A stretch of DNA of 63,600 bases, filler included, from Licmophora abbreviata (taxonomy: Eukaryota): the NCBI GenBank assembly GCA_900291995.1. It is 9 parts of 9 records of this genome, joined end to end, with 100 filler letters (N's around TTAATTAATTAA, not from the genome) between each part and the next. Parts side by side here need not be neighbours in the genome. Positions count along the whole stretch, not along the records: positions 5,215 to 19,220 come from OLMU01003955.1; positions 19,321 to 21,375 come from OLMU01003956.1; positions 21,476 to 25,765 come from OLMU01003957.1; 6 more parts are not named here. One strand, written 5' to 3'. The notes under the pieces are model-generated. The model saw only the letters and a program-made list of their open reading frames with translations, made no database searches and was not told the origin of the DNA. This document shows, piece after piece, positions 11,235-21,783 of the stretch (the first letter of the stretch is position 1; each line of letters begins with the position of its first letter). The position numbers and the translations under genes are program-made.

Positions 11235-14200
11235 CTAGTCCAGCTCCAAACAGAGCTCATCGAACTTGATCCCACCAAAACGCGTTGACGATTTGGTAGA
11301 CGCCGAATAATCGTCGTCTCCGACAGGGTATTGATCCGGGCGTCCATCCGTGTAGTGGGACGCGTAACCCGAGGCACTGTTGCTTCTCGGCACGAGCACG
11401 GGGGTAAACACCCCGCGAGCGCCAGAGGAGGACGGTGGCACAACTCGCAGAGGTGCGTCGGATGCATGCACGGCATTCGTACTCGGATGGTAGGCGCCCG
11501 CTGCGTGACGACGAATGCGCGATTCCTTTAAGGATCGTAGCTTTACCATAAGAGCCGCGGGCTTGGATAGACCCGAACTCACGTCTGGGCTACTAGAGAC
11601 TTGCACGACGCTTTCACGGTGATCATTCTTCCCGAGATAGCTCGGCGGTGTCCGGTGAACCGCCGCTCCCGTTGACATCTCCGGCAGTAGTAGATTGCTC
11701 GGGAGTCCATGCACTGCTGTTTCGGCAGGTTCCGCGGCCACTGGCGCTCGTGCTCTGCCAGCGGAAAGGTAACTGGTATTGCGTCGTGTTGGTGTCGAAG
11801 CTCGGCTGCGCGACGGCGACTCGTGCGAAGGGGACTTTCCCCCCTCGACCGTCACCTTGGTGAAGAGCTTGTCACCCTTTGGAGTTTCCCAGTCCCTTGG
11901 ATGGCTAGGTTCCTCCTCCCACTGGCTCGATCCGAATGGCTGCCATTCTTGAGTCTCAACGGTTGCAAACGCATCTGTGGGCATAGCCTTAGATTTTCTT
12001 ACGGGAAAGGTGGCCGTCACGTTGTTTAAATCCCAAGCCGCTCCTTGTCGCATGTCGATGTTCGAAGTGTCCGGCTTGCCAATCAATAAAGCTGTAGCCT
12101 GATCGTCCGATCTAGGGAATCGCATCCGAGCAATCAATGGTGCAGCGGCCTCCGACATTTGACTGGAGGATGCCTCAGAGGGACCTTTTCCTTCCGTGAC
12201 GTCGACGACTGAGCTCTTGTCCTCCGTCTCAGCGTCTGAGCTACCAACCGAGAGATGGTTTAGGTCTTCTTTACTGCGTAGACAAGTAGGAGTCGTCAAG
12301 GCAGACACGTCCCCAATCGACAAGTCCAGAGTAACACCATCTTCGTAGTCACTGTCCGTTCGACTCACTGACGGCTGGATAGCCTGTCTCGGTTCGCTAC
12401 CCGACTTCAGCGGCTTCCTCGACACAAAAACCTTCGCCTTGTCATCGCCTCGGCCAGAAGAATGTAGCATAGGAGATGCGCCACCACCTCGTTTCTTTGG
12501 CTCGTCTGACTCCAGCGGTTTTTCGTCGCGAGCAGCGGTCTCGTTGGAGATCGTGTCCTTAGAAACCGCAAAAGGCCGCGGTGAATGCGTTGTCGATGAA
12601 GCAACCTTGGTCCTCTCCGTCGCCAGCGAGACTACACCAGGCGTTGGGCTCTGGTGAGGGGATCTGTTCTTTAGACTTCCCGAGAGTGCACTGATTCTAT
12701 CCTTGACCGAAGGAAAAGGAGATGTAGGGAGGTCAGCCGTTCCAGTCGGGCTTTGTCTTTCAGGAGACGACGGCAAAGTCCTGGCACTGTAGCGTTTCGC
12801 GGGCTCCACAAGAGCCGCCCGAGGCGCAGCTTTGGGGGTAGACAAGCGAACGCTCGTAGTGGGCGATTCCTTCCATGGTGTAGATGCAACTGTCGACGGG
12901 GTACCTTTAGTCGTCGTGGTCGTCGCCGGACTCTTAGTCGGCGTCATCTTCTTCTCGGCGCCTTCAGAAGAACCGGATGCTGCAGCATGGGTAGCCGAAC
13001 GAGACCTCCCAATCCAAGTCGGAGACGCTCCTGGACGCTTTCTGGGCGAAGACTCCGGCTCCGAGGCCTGCTGTACCTTGAGAGCCACGATGCGCTCCGA
13101 GACACTCAAGAAGGATCCAGGCGCTTTTTTTGGCTCGCTACTTTCATTGACTGACGGCTTCACATCTACAGCAGGCTCCGTTGTCCGTGCAGCTGCAGTC
13201 CTATGTGCCTTCCATCGATTGTGGGGAGAAAACGGCGATGAGGTTGACTTCAACTTCTGAAGGGTTTCTGGAACGTCTTCGAAATTTTCTTCTCTATCCC
13301 TTGCAGCTTCCAGATCAATCGCTTTCGTAGGCGTCACACGTTCAGTCGACTTGTTCGTCATCTGCGCTCTCCATCGATCGTGAGGGGAAATTGGCCGTGA
13401 AATCGTTGCAGAAGTCGGACGGGTTTGCACGGGCGTATCAGCTATCTTGTTCACACTCTGCTTCTCGCGGGAGCCCTCATCTCTTGTAGGCGTCACGGAG
13501 CGGTTGGACCTGCGCTTCATCTGGGAACGCCATCTATCGTGAGGGGAGATTGGCCGCGATGTCGATTCAGAGTTCGGCTTCGTCGGAGCGGGGGTCTTCT
13601 CTCCTTCGTTTGAATCCGGCATCACGCATGATGCCACGTCTCGTGATGGCGTCACCGGCCGGTTTGATCTACTCTTCATTTGCGCTCTCCATCGGTCGTG
13701 GGGGGATACGGGTCGCGACGTGTCCACAACCGCATCTTGAGAGTTCTTGACGACAATTTGTTCTCTATCCGAAGCGGACCCTTTTGTAGACGTCACTGGA
13801 CGGATAGTCCGACTCATCATCTGCGATCTCCAACGATCGTGAGGGGAAACCGACCGCGCCGTTGATTCAGTATTCATCTGCGTACCAATTCCATTGTCGT
13901 TTGACTCCGCGACAACGTCTGAGCGACTTGAAGGTGTCACCGAGCGACTTGGTCGAGCCACCCTCTGGGATCTCCACGTATTTCTCGGTTCGACAGAAGT
14001 CGCGCCACCGACGTCTTTGTTGGCTGCACTCTTACGATTTGTGTCCTCCCCCGCCTTTCTCGAGGGCCCTCTGGAATTCAATGGGATTTTCGATTCGATC
14101 TTGATCGGAGTTGTTGGCCGTTTCTGGACATTTTTCTCGACCTTGGACCTTCCATTCATTGCATTGCTGACTGCAGCAATTTCCAACGATTTTGCTTCAT

Positions 14201-17165
14201 TCTGAGCTTCCTCTATTGCTGAGTCATCTTCAGTCTTGGTCACCATGAGTGGCGGCCTTAGACTGGACGACGACTTGACTCCCCGAGACAGTTCTTGCTG
14301 AGTTCCGCTCTTCTCAAACACAGCGAACGCATCCTTCAGGTTAGTATTCTCCGAGAACGAAATCTTCTTTGCAGCTTGAAGCTTCTGCGATTCGAACAAG
14401 GCCCTCATCTTGTCTACAGTCGTTAGTTTCTTGGCTGCGGTTGAGTTGTCGCCTTCGGCCTGGGCCTCGAACATTGACCGTATACTCTCCACGCTCATAC
14501 CGCCGACAGTATCGTCGTCTTCTGCTTCAAGCGATGGCTTTGATCCGAGCGAGCTTTCCAGCGCAGAAAGAAGGCTCCTTACGTCTCCGGCGCTATCATC
14601 GTCAATACCAACTCTTGTCGCGCCGCTCACGCCGTGCCTAGCATATCGATCGGCTGGAGCGACGTCGTCGGCTGTCGCCGCTAAATGCGCAGACAGAACG
14701 AGGAGCTGGCGATGAGACAGGGAGTTAAATTCGGAACCAATCCCCGAGCCGCTAGCTGGACCCGCAGCCATCTTCGGGATATCTGCCCAATTCCTAGAGG
14801 CCTCTTCATATAGCGGTTGTCTTGATGCCGGGACAATGGCTCCATTAGCATCTTTCTCTCCGTCATGCGCCAGAGCGATGGACAGGGAGTTTCGCGATCC
14901 TTCTCCCACGACCTGCGAAGCTACTTCTGTTGACTTTTTCAACCCGTTAGTTGTACGATGTGCCACTTCAGAGGGACTCGTCGGAACGACGATGGAAATC
15001 GGCCATGTTTGTTTGGTCTTTGAGAGCTGCTTATCGATCGGTCTGTTCTCGCTGTGAGAAACGCTCTGCTGTTCCCGTTCGCCGGCTACACCCTCCACAG
15101 GGAGTTTTCGAGTAGAAGGTGCGGTATTCAGTGGGGTAAAGGAGCGCACAGTAGCATTGTGGAGGTCATGGGCCAAGGGCAGGTTTTCTATTCCTCCTTG
15201 TTGCGACGACTGAGGCCTTCGTCTCTGCAGAGCGGCCCTTCTTGCCGACCCACTTGCCAGTGCATGAGTCATGGACCTGTGAGATTGAATCGGCAAAGAG
15301 ATCATGCCATCTCCAGTCATACGCATTATTTTTGGCGGTCCATCCGCCTCCGACGAACTAATGGGTGGAAGAATTGGCGAAATTCCAGCTGACCACTTAG
15401 CTAAGGGAGACTCATCGTCCATGTCGACACGATCGGGTGAAAACACAGGCTGCACCCCCTTCATTTCCTTTCGACTGGGCGATAGCGCCGAAGTGTCTCC
15501 TCTAAAGTCCGCCGACCCAATCCCACTAGCAGATGACAGTGGTGCTGGAACCCATCCTCCAGAAGACGTTGCCGACTGAGGTGAAGCTGTCCGGTATAAC
15601 TTCCGTTCGGATGGCGGACTGGCTCTGCCATCGTAGCGAATTACGAATGGGTTGCTCGACACTTTGGTCCCACTATATCTCGTTTCCGGCAAAGGAATTT
15701 GTTGCTTCGCATGAGTATCATCTTGCGTGGGAGACTGCGCCGGCGTGGAAACAGGTGGAAGTAGATCCTCTCCATCTTCCGGATCGTCGGGTTCGTCCAC
15801 CTTTTTCAGACCCCCGAATCTGTATCGCTCATGGATATTCTTGCGAGCGACATCTCTATTTTCGAGCTGATGATTCCCACCGAAAACGTTTCTCAATGCT
15901 GGTGGGGGCTTGGTGACTTTTTCTTCACCTGTCTCAACTCCAACAGATGACGATAAACTCTTTGCCTGAAAGGATCCGCTGCTTCCCCTAGACTCATCTG
16001 CACCGTCGACTCCTCCAGTCTTGTGATTGACATGAAGTCCCAATCGACCTACAGGAAAGTCTGCAACAGGCGTCGGTGTCATAGCACTGTCATCGGTTGA
16101 GCTAACGCTTACCAGGCTGGTAATCTCCACCGGCTTTCGTGGATAGACTGGAGCAGGACGTCGACTAGATGCTCCTTTCGACAACGTCGAACTGCTGGGA
16201 GGCCACCGTCCTAATGGACTAGCTCCCGTGTGACTGACCGGTTGTTCGTGCTGGGCTGAGCCAGGAACCAAGTCACGACTGTCGGTTTCATCACTCTGCC
16301 GTTTATCTACAGAACGATTTGTAGTGACCTCCGTGGCAGCTCCGCTGACAGTAGTCATCTGATCCGGCGATCTTCGATGCGGAGCGGACGACGACAGATT
16401 CATCATCACTTCGGTCGGTGCCGTCGCAAGATCCGGCTGGACACCTTCTCTCAACCTTTGGGCCGTCAGCGGTTTTGGTGGCGATCTATGCCGAGGAGGG
16501 GACAGACCCAGCTGCCGCGGCGGAGCCTTTTTCTTGGTCCAACCACCGTCACCGTCGGTCTTGTCAGCTTCTATTCTCGTGCCTGGCCGTGAAGCAGTTC
16601 CTTCCAATCGTCGCCGCCAAGATGAGCCCGGTGACCTTCCCCCTTTTGGGACACTGTCTATTTTTTCTTCATCTTCGTCCAACAAGGGAGGTGTTGAGGA
16701 CCGAGACGATATTCGCTCAGTTTCAATGGAGGATCCGTCGTGGCCCGCCGAAGACCGGTTCGCAGTACTGCGCGAAGATGGGGTCCATCGACTGCTCGTC
16801 AGCGAGCTGCTCGTCTGTGTCAAGGAAGCATCGTCTATATGATTCCCTCCCGATACTTGAACCGAAGTAGCTGGAAAGAATACCGACTGTCCTCGAAATG
16901 GAGAGGTCGTAGTGTCTGGTGCAGCTGGTTGGTCTCTTGATGGGGTGCGGGATGCCCGACTCCTTCGGCTGCTTGAAGGCGAGTTTCCTGTGGACCGTGT
17001 CTGCAGATGCGATCGATCAGACGACGCATTGTCACCAGGCCCCTTCCACTCCATGGTCGGGGGTGAAAACGGACGTGTGGGAGTTAGCGCCACATTGGAA
17101 TCTACTGCACAAGCAGCCAAGTACTGACTGGCCACATTTGAAGTATTTCTGGATTTTCGAGACAT
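11235..17165 (-). CDS. Very large S/P/T/R-rich disordered protein with internal repeats
   Basis: Uninterrupted 1976-aa ORF with repeats of RP(I/V)SPHDRWR(A/S)QM. Confidence 0.85.
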   Translation of the reverse strand: MSRKSRNTSNVASQYLAACAVDSNVALTPTRPFSPPTMEWKGPGDNASSDRSHLQTRSTGNSPSSSRRSRASRTPSRDQPAAPDTTTSPFRGQSVFFPATSVQVSGGNHIDDASLTQTSSSLTSSRWTPSSRSTANRSSAGHDGSSIETERISSRSSTPPLLDEDEEKIDSVPKGGRSPGSSWRRRLEGTASRPGTRIEADKTDGDGGWTKKKAPPRQLGLSPPRHRSPPKPLTAQRLREGVQPDLATAPTEVMMNLSSSAPHRRSPDQMTTVSGAATEVTTNRSVDKRQSDETDSRDLVPGSAQHEQPVSHTGASPLGRWPPSSSTLSKGASSRRPAPVYPRKPVEITSLVSVSSTDDSAMTPTPVADFPVGRLGLHVNHKTGGVDGADESRGSSGSFQAKSLSSSVGVETGEEKVTKPPPALRNVFGGNHQLENRDVARKNIHERYRFGGLKKVDEPDDPEDGEDLLPPVSTPAQSPTQDDTHAKQQIPLPETRYSGTKVSSNPFVIRYDGRASPPSERKLYRTASPQSATSSGGWVPAPLSSASGIGSADFRGDTSALSPSRKEMKGVQPVFSPDRVDMDDESPLAKWSAGISPILPPISSSEADGPPKIMRMTGDGMISLPIQSHRSMTHALASGSARRAALQRRRPQSSQQGGIENLPLAHDLHNATVRSFTPLNTAPSTRKLPVEGVAGEREQQSVSHSENRPIDKQLSKTKQTWPISIVVPTSPSEVAHRTTNGLKKSTEVASQVVGEGSRNSLSIALAHDGEKDANGAIVPASRQPLYEEASRNWADIPKMAAGPASGSGIGSEFNSLSHRQLLVLSAHLAATADDVAPADRYARHGVSGATRVGIDDDSAGDVRSLLSALESSLGSKPSLEAEDDDTVGGMSVESIRSMFEAQAEGDNSTAAKKLTTVDKMRALFESQKLQAAKKISFSENTNLKDAFAVFEKSGTQQELSRGVKSSSSLRPPLMVTKTEDDSAIEEAQNEAKSLEIAAVSNAMNGRSKVEKNVQKRPTTPIKIESKIPLNSRGPSRKAGEDTNRKSAANKDVGGATSVEPRNTWRSQRVARPSRSVTPSSRSDVVAESNDNGIGTQMNTESTARSVSPHDRWRSQMMSRTIRPVTSTKGSASDREQIVVKNSQDAVVDTSRPVSPHDRWRAQMKSRSNRPVTPSRDVASCVMPDSNEGEKTPAPTKPNSESTSRPISPHDRWRSQMKRRSNRSVTPTRDEGSREKQSVNKIADTPVQTRPTSATISRPISPHDRWRAQMTNKSTERVTPTKAIDLEAARDREENFEDVPETLQKLKSTSSPFSPHNRWKAHRTAAARTTEPAVDVKPSVNESSEPKKAPGSFLSVSERIVALKVQQASEPESSPRKRPGASPTWIGRSRSATHAAASGSSEGAEKKMTPTKSPATTTTTKGTPSTVASTPWKESPTTSVRLSTPKAAPRAALVEPAKRYSARTLPSSPERQSPTGTADLPTSPFPSVKDRISALSGSLKNRSPHQSPTPGVVSLATERTKVASSTTHSPRPFAVSKDTISNETAARDEKPLESDEPKKRGGGASPMLHSSGRGDDKAKVFVSRKPLKSGSEPRQAIQPSVSRTDSDYEDGVTLDLSIGDVSALTTPTCLRSKEDLNHLSVGSSDAETEDKSSVVDVTEGKGPSEASSSQMSEAAAPLIARMRFPRSDDQATALLIGKPDTSNIDMRQGAAWDLNNVTATFPVRKSKAMPTDAFATVETQEWQPFGSSQWEEEPSHPRDWETPKGDKLFTKVTVEGGKSPSHESPSRSRASTPTRRNTSYLSAGRARAPVAAEPAETAVHGLPSNLLLPEMSTGAAVHRTPPSYLGKNDHRESVVQVSSSPDVSSGLSKPAALMVKLRSLKESRIRRHAAGAYHPSTNAVHASDAPLRVVPPSSSGARGVFTPVLVPRSNSASGYASHYTDGRPDQYPVGDDDYSASTKSSTRFGGIKFDELCLELD
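13205..13995 (-). repeat. About six degenerate ~50-aa coding repeats (SPHDRWRxQM..R(S/P)VTP)
   Basis: Copies near 13210, 13360, 13520, 13680, 13820 and 13970. Confidence 0.85.
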
Positions 17166-17660
17166 TCTGGCTGTTCGTTCCTGCAGTCCAAGCGATCTAT
17201 CTCTACACTTCAGCCCTCTGAAACAGCACTAAGGCTGGCTATTGAAAAGACAACGCACACAATTTGCCAAAGAAAGCGGCCACGTCTTTCGTTTGTCTCG
17301 GTATCATACGCGATGTCGGTGCGGTGAGGGAGTCCCTTGAAAGCGCGCAATTTTTATGGCCATTGCCAGTGCAGACGTCTCGAGGGAGCCCATCATCTAC
17401 TCTATCCACCAATGTGTATCTTTTGGGGAAACTCAACGCACATCTCAACGCATACTTCATTCACACGTCTTGAGATGATATATATGCGATGTGCGCAGTG
17501 ATGACGTAGGAGCAATTTCGTCATTATTCGAGTATCATATGAGTCGAGTCACGCTTTTTTTTAGCAGGAGGGTGATGCTACAGAGCGAAGCCAATCCATA
17601 AATTCTACTTTCGTCGCCCTTTTACTCCCTACATTGTCTTTACCCAAGCTACAGTATCTC

Positions 17661-19076
17661 TTATATGTAGACGGCACACCGTACCGGTACAGGAAGTAGA
17701 TTTCTGTCTTGCGGATGATACGGAACCAATGCCAGCGATTCGTGTCCTTCCTGTATTCCTTGGCTAGCTCGCCGACGCTCTCGAAAATTTCGTTGCAAGT
17801 TGAGGTCCAGTTCCTTACGGAGGTTCATGTCAGCACACGATACCTGTACTTTCATCAGAGTCTTGTTGCTGCGAAGCGTCTCCAATATGGCTTCTACTCC
17901 TTGCTGTTCGACCGGATTGTGTTCCAACACGAGCTCTTCCAAGGTGCGATTGTATCTCAATGCTGTGGCTAGGTGCTTTGCTCCAGCTTGTGTAATATCA
18001 TTCTGGCATAGGTGCAGCGATTCAAGACTTACATTGTCTCGTAAACCATCGCTCAAAGACAATACTCCCTCATCCCCAATATCATTGCTTTGCAGTAACA
18101 ACGTTTTGAGTGACGTATTCTTAGCCAGTCCTTCGCGACCTCGGCGGCATCCAGCAGCTTGAATGTGATTGTCGGAAAGGTTAAAATAAATCAAGGACAC
18201 GCTATGTCCAATGCCTTCAAAGAGTGCGTCTGCGCCCCTCGCCCCAATATTATTGAACGAAAGGTCCAATGTCGACAGCGACTTGGAGGCGCGTATAAGT
18301 GTAGCTATGGCACGGGCTCCGTGGTCGTCCAGTCGATTGTGTGACATGTACAGGTTCAACAGTGGCCTCTGCAACGTACACAATTTGCTGCAAAGTAAAG
18401 TTGCGCCCTTGGACTCAATAAAATTGTCCGACACGTCCAATTCCCGCAAACCAGAAGGTAAATTGAACGCAAGCACTTCAAGCCCGTCGTCCGTCAGACG
18501 CGTGTTTCGGAATGACAGCACTTGCAGCAACGACGCATGTCGTAATTGCGCTGCAATAGAACAAACGCCTTCATCATTCAATGGATTGTCCGATAGATGG
18601 ACTTCTCGTAATGTGGTCAGCTTGCGCAAGACCCGACTAAGCTCGAGGGCGGCTGTTACGCTGCTCATGTGATTGCCACGTATATGCAGCTCCTCCAATT
18701 GCGATACCTCCGCATGTACGGCAAGTCCCTGGAAGAGCCGAACAAAACCCTCACCCTCAATGTCATTATAGTCAAGGTTGATTATCAGCACATGGGTGTT
18801 GTATTCTAGAGCGTCGCCTAGCAACATGGCGCCAAGAGTGCGAATGGCACGACCCGCGAGATTGATCTCGAGTAGCGTCTTGTCATTTTGTCGTACTCGC
18901 TCACACAGTTTTGGCAGCCATGCCGGTATCGTCTTATTGATTCGCGAAGAAGAGACTGGGCTAGTAGTCCAGTCCTGTTTGTGGCGATTTCGTCTGAGGA
19001 GCGGCCGCAGGTAATGATACTTGGTGCCTCCGGTGAGGCGCCGAACAAAGAACCGGAGCTTCTGCGTCGTCTTCAT
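17661..19076 (-). CDS. Ribonuclease-inhibitor-like leucine-rich repeat protein
   Basis: Tandem ~28-aa LxxLxLxxNxIxxxG repeats. Confidence 0.9.
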   Translation of the reverse strand: MKTTQKLRFFVRRLTGGTKYHYLRPLLRRNRHKQDWTTSPVSSSRINKTIPAWLPKLCERVRQNDKTLLEINLAGRAIRTLGAMLLGDALEYNTHVLIINLDYNDIEGEGFVRLFQGLAVHAEVSQLEELHIRGNHMSSVTAALELSRVLRKLTTLREVHLSDNPLNDEGVCSIAAQLRHASLLQVLSFRNTRLTDDGLEVLAFNLPSGLRELDVSDNFIESKGATLLCSKLCTLQRPLLNLYMSHNRLDDHGARAIATLIRASKSLSTLDLSFNNIGARGADALFEGIGHSVSLIYFNLSDNHIQAAGCRRGREGLAKNTSLKTLLLQSNDIGDEGVLSLSDGLRDNVSLESLHLCQNDITQAGAKHLATALRYNRTLEELVLEHNPVEQQGVEAILETLRSNKTLMKVQVSCADMNLRKELDLNLQRNFRERRRASQGIQEGHESLALVPYHPQDRNLLPVPVRCAVYI

Positions 19077-19188
19077 TGTACAGGTAATGAAAATGGTAGC
19101 TTCATAATTTCGGTAGAGGTCAAGGAGTAGAGTTTTGTCTATAGATGTGGGAGATCCCGTACCCGCTCAGCGCCCACAGGCTGATGTG

Positions 19189-19613
19189 ATGTCGAAACGA
19201 GGTGACGAGAACCCGCCTCGNNNNNNNNNNNNNNNNNNNNNNNNNNNNNNNNNNNNNNNNNNNNTTAATTAATTAANNNNNNNNNNNNNNNNNNNNNNNN
19301 NNNNNNNNNNNNNNNNNNNNCGGACGCGAACCGCATTGGGGCTATCCTAGATCGGAATATGCAGCAGATGGAGACGCTTGCTGGTTCGGGAATGGGACCG
19401 ACGGATGCTTTTCACAGCTTCAAGAGTAGAAATCCTACGGATCAGTCGGCGTCGCAGTACATTTCTATGGAGGAGCCTTCAACGCGAACCAAATCAAAGT
19501 CTTCTACTCGAAAGGCGAGTGGAAGCCCAAGACATGAGGAGAAGGAACGTCCAGCGAAGCGTCGTAAGACTACTGCAGCGGTGACCGGGAACTCTGCGCG
19601 GCGCATTGGCTGA
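19189..19613 (+). CDS. Hypothetical basic protein spanning the gap
   Basis: The frame is open from the gap (DANRIGAILDRNMQQ...) to the stop at 19613, with an NLS-like PAKRRK. Possible start MSKRGDENPP before the gap. Confidence 0.4.
19221..19320. other. Assembly gap spacer
   Basis: N44-TTAATTAATTAA-N44. Confidence 0.97.
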
Positions 19614-19777
19614 TGATGGATCGGAAGGGAGAACGGTACGGAGCTTATCGTTCGCTTGTAAATCTACTAGCTGGTGATGTTGAAGAGCCGACCTATATGT
19701 TGTTTTGACGAATATTTTCTATGCCACCAGAGCTAGCATATGCCTCATCGCAATCGCACCTTAAGTCACTCTCGTCT

Positions 19778-21274
19778 TCATTCGTCTTCTACCGCTTCCG
19801 GCAAGTCACTGGTCGATAAGTTACGTTCAGCCCGTGTCGCCCGGATTTCCTCCAAATGCCGTTTCAAATGCTCTCGGTGTGCTTCGTACCGAATCTGGGC
19901 TTCCGTCAAAACGGCGTTTCGAATTGCTGTGACAATGGCGTCATCTGTCTTTTTGAAAATACGATCCTTCAAGGCGTCTACAACTGCGTCTTCAGGTCTG
20001 ATAGGCGCTTTGCAGAGCTCGCTGACTGGACGGAGCTTGAGACCCGACGGCAAAGAGCGCGGAGGGCAGCAAAAGTACGGACCAAAGTTAACTTTGACGG
20101 TCCCGCCCAAATACGTCGATATCGCTGGATAATAGGTGCCGTCCTGGATTTCATCAAACGCCGCGCCGCCTTCTCGTTTTCCACGGGACAGAACGAAGTG
20201 TCCCATAGCTTCGCCATTCTTGAAGAAGCGAATGTGATTGTTCACAACGGCCGGTTTTTTGGACGAGTCTGACGACGACTTTGTTTCCTTGTCGACCAAG
20301 CAAATTGCAAATCCCACGACATCACCTGGCCCAAACGGCTCACCACCCCAATGGTCTTCTCGTTTCGAGCTGTGAATGCGCGATCCGGAAATGTCTCGAA
20401 GCCCATAGCTCCACTTGTCGTATCCGACGGGCGCCTGCAAATCCCCTGTGCGCATGGACCAACCGATACGAACATTGCCGCCAATGGTTTGAGGTGGTGT
20501 CTCGTCGTCGCCTCGTCTTCGCTTTTTCGAATTCTTGGAAGCTTCGTCTCCCTGATCCGACGTCACCCCGGTCTTTTGCTGCTCTTCTCGAGTCAATTGC
20601 TCCTCCAGCTGCTTCTGCAGATTCTTCCCGAGACGCACATTGGGCGGAAGACCGTCGATAATCTGGCGAATGGGAGGTGGAGGCAGAACAAGTACTTCGT
20701 AATAGTAGTTTCCATCCGATGGTCCATGCGACGCTCGCGCCATACGATATCCCCTCATGCCACCCTTGAGAAGCATCCGCTTGCCACTAGGTCCATCCTC
20801 AATTTTGAGCTGAGGCGCCGAGTCGCGAGAGCTCAAGTGCACATAGGGCGGGGCGTCATTGATGGCACGTGTTGCAGCCTGCTGGACTTGTTCCACCGAG
20901 GGAATCGTGAGGGAGGAGCTGGACGAGACCGATGTAGCCGTCGATGACAAGAGGGCGTAGAGACCCGACAGACCCTGCGCCAGAGCTGCTTGCGCGGCGG
21001 CTGCGGCGGCAGCAGCTGAGAGCGCCGCGGCTTGGGCAGTCGCCGTACTCTCGGAGGGACCGGGGGAAGACCGGGAACGCTTTCGGCGGCGCACTTCGTC
21101 AGCAGACATCGGCTTCGTCGAGTCGGCGCCTCGTTTTCGCGTTGCCGCGGCTTGATTTTCCGTTTCTTCATCTGCTGCTGGAGCAGCCGACTCCTCATTG
21201 TCGACAGGCTCCATGACCGCATCTTCTTCCTCTTTCGGTTCCTCTGCGGGTGAATTCCCACTTACTTCCGACAT
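19778..21274 (-). CDS. ASH2L: COMPASS/Set1 complex subunit ASH2L/TRAUCO (SPRY domain)
   Basis: Motifs LSSRDSAPQL, GYRMARASHG, RIGWS..GDLQAPVGYDKWSYG, GDVVG and YYPAISTY..VNFGPYF. Confidence 0.9.
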   Translation of the reverse strand: MSEVSGNSPAEEPKEEEDAVMEPVDNEESAAPAADEETENQAAATRKRGADSTKPMSADEVRRRKRSRSSPGPSESTATAQAAALSAAAAAAAAQAALAQGLSGLYALLSSTATSVSSSSSLTIPSVEQVQQAATRAINDAPPYVHLSSRDSAPQLKIEDGPSGKRMLLKGGMRGYRMARASHGPSDGNYYYEVLVLPPPPIRQIIDGLPPNVRLGKNLQKQLEEQLTREEQQKTGVTSDQGDEASKNSKKRRRGDDETPPQTIGGNVRIGWSMRTGDLQAPVGYDKWSYGLRDISGSRIHSSKREDHWGGEPFGPGDVVGFAICLVDKETKSSSDSSKKPAVVNNHIRFFKNGEAMGHFVLSRGKREGGAAFDEIQDGTYYPAISTYLGGTVKVNFGPYFCCPPRSLPSGLKLRPVSELCKAPIRPEDAVVDALKDRIFKKTDDAIVTAIRNAVLTEAQIRYEAHREHLKRHLEEIRATRAERNLSTSDLPEAVEDE

Positions 21275-21375
21275 GACGCAGGCAATGAAATATATTTAGT
21301 TGAAGACTGCTTCGAGGAGCAAAGACGAGGAATCAGACGCTGCTCTGTTGTCAACTCTCTTGCGTCGCCGGTCGC

Positions 21376-21475
21376 NNNNNNNNNNNNNNNNNNNNNNNNN
21401 NNNNNNNNNNNNNNNNNNNTTAATTAATTAANNNNNNNNNNNNNNNNNNNNNNNNNNNNNNNNNNNNNNNNNNNN
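21376..21475. other. Assembly gap spacer
   Basis: N44-TTAATTAATTAA-N44. Confidence 0.97.
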
Positions 21476-21587
21476 GGACAAACCACGCCGCGGCGCCGGT
21501 GGGTCATCTTCAATCTTTGGACTTGGCGTCGCCCGACCCACGACAGACGCATCTTTGAATCAGCGGAGCGACGGAAGGACTTAAATG

Positions 21588-21619
21588 GACTCACTCGACT
21601 GATTAGACTCACTCGACTC
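21588..21619. promoter_or_regulatory. Tandem GACTCACTCGACT(C) element upstream of psb31 in the divergent ASH2L/psb31 region
   Basis: Two copies here, with near-identical copies at 42736 and 62474 in other divergent promoters. Confidence 0.45.
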
Positions 21620-21783
21620 GGAAGCCTGATGGATATCGTTCGTACAGCATACGGACGGGCAAGATCCGTATCTTTGGGGTTCAACTTTCACGTAGATGCC
21701 CGTACTGACTTCCGTAGGAAACTTGGAGAGCTACGAGACTGACATCATTAGAAGCACTTTCCCAGTTTGAAGTCTGTTGCACC

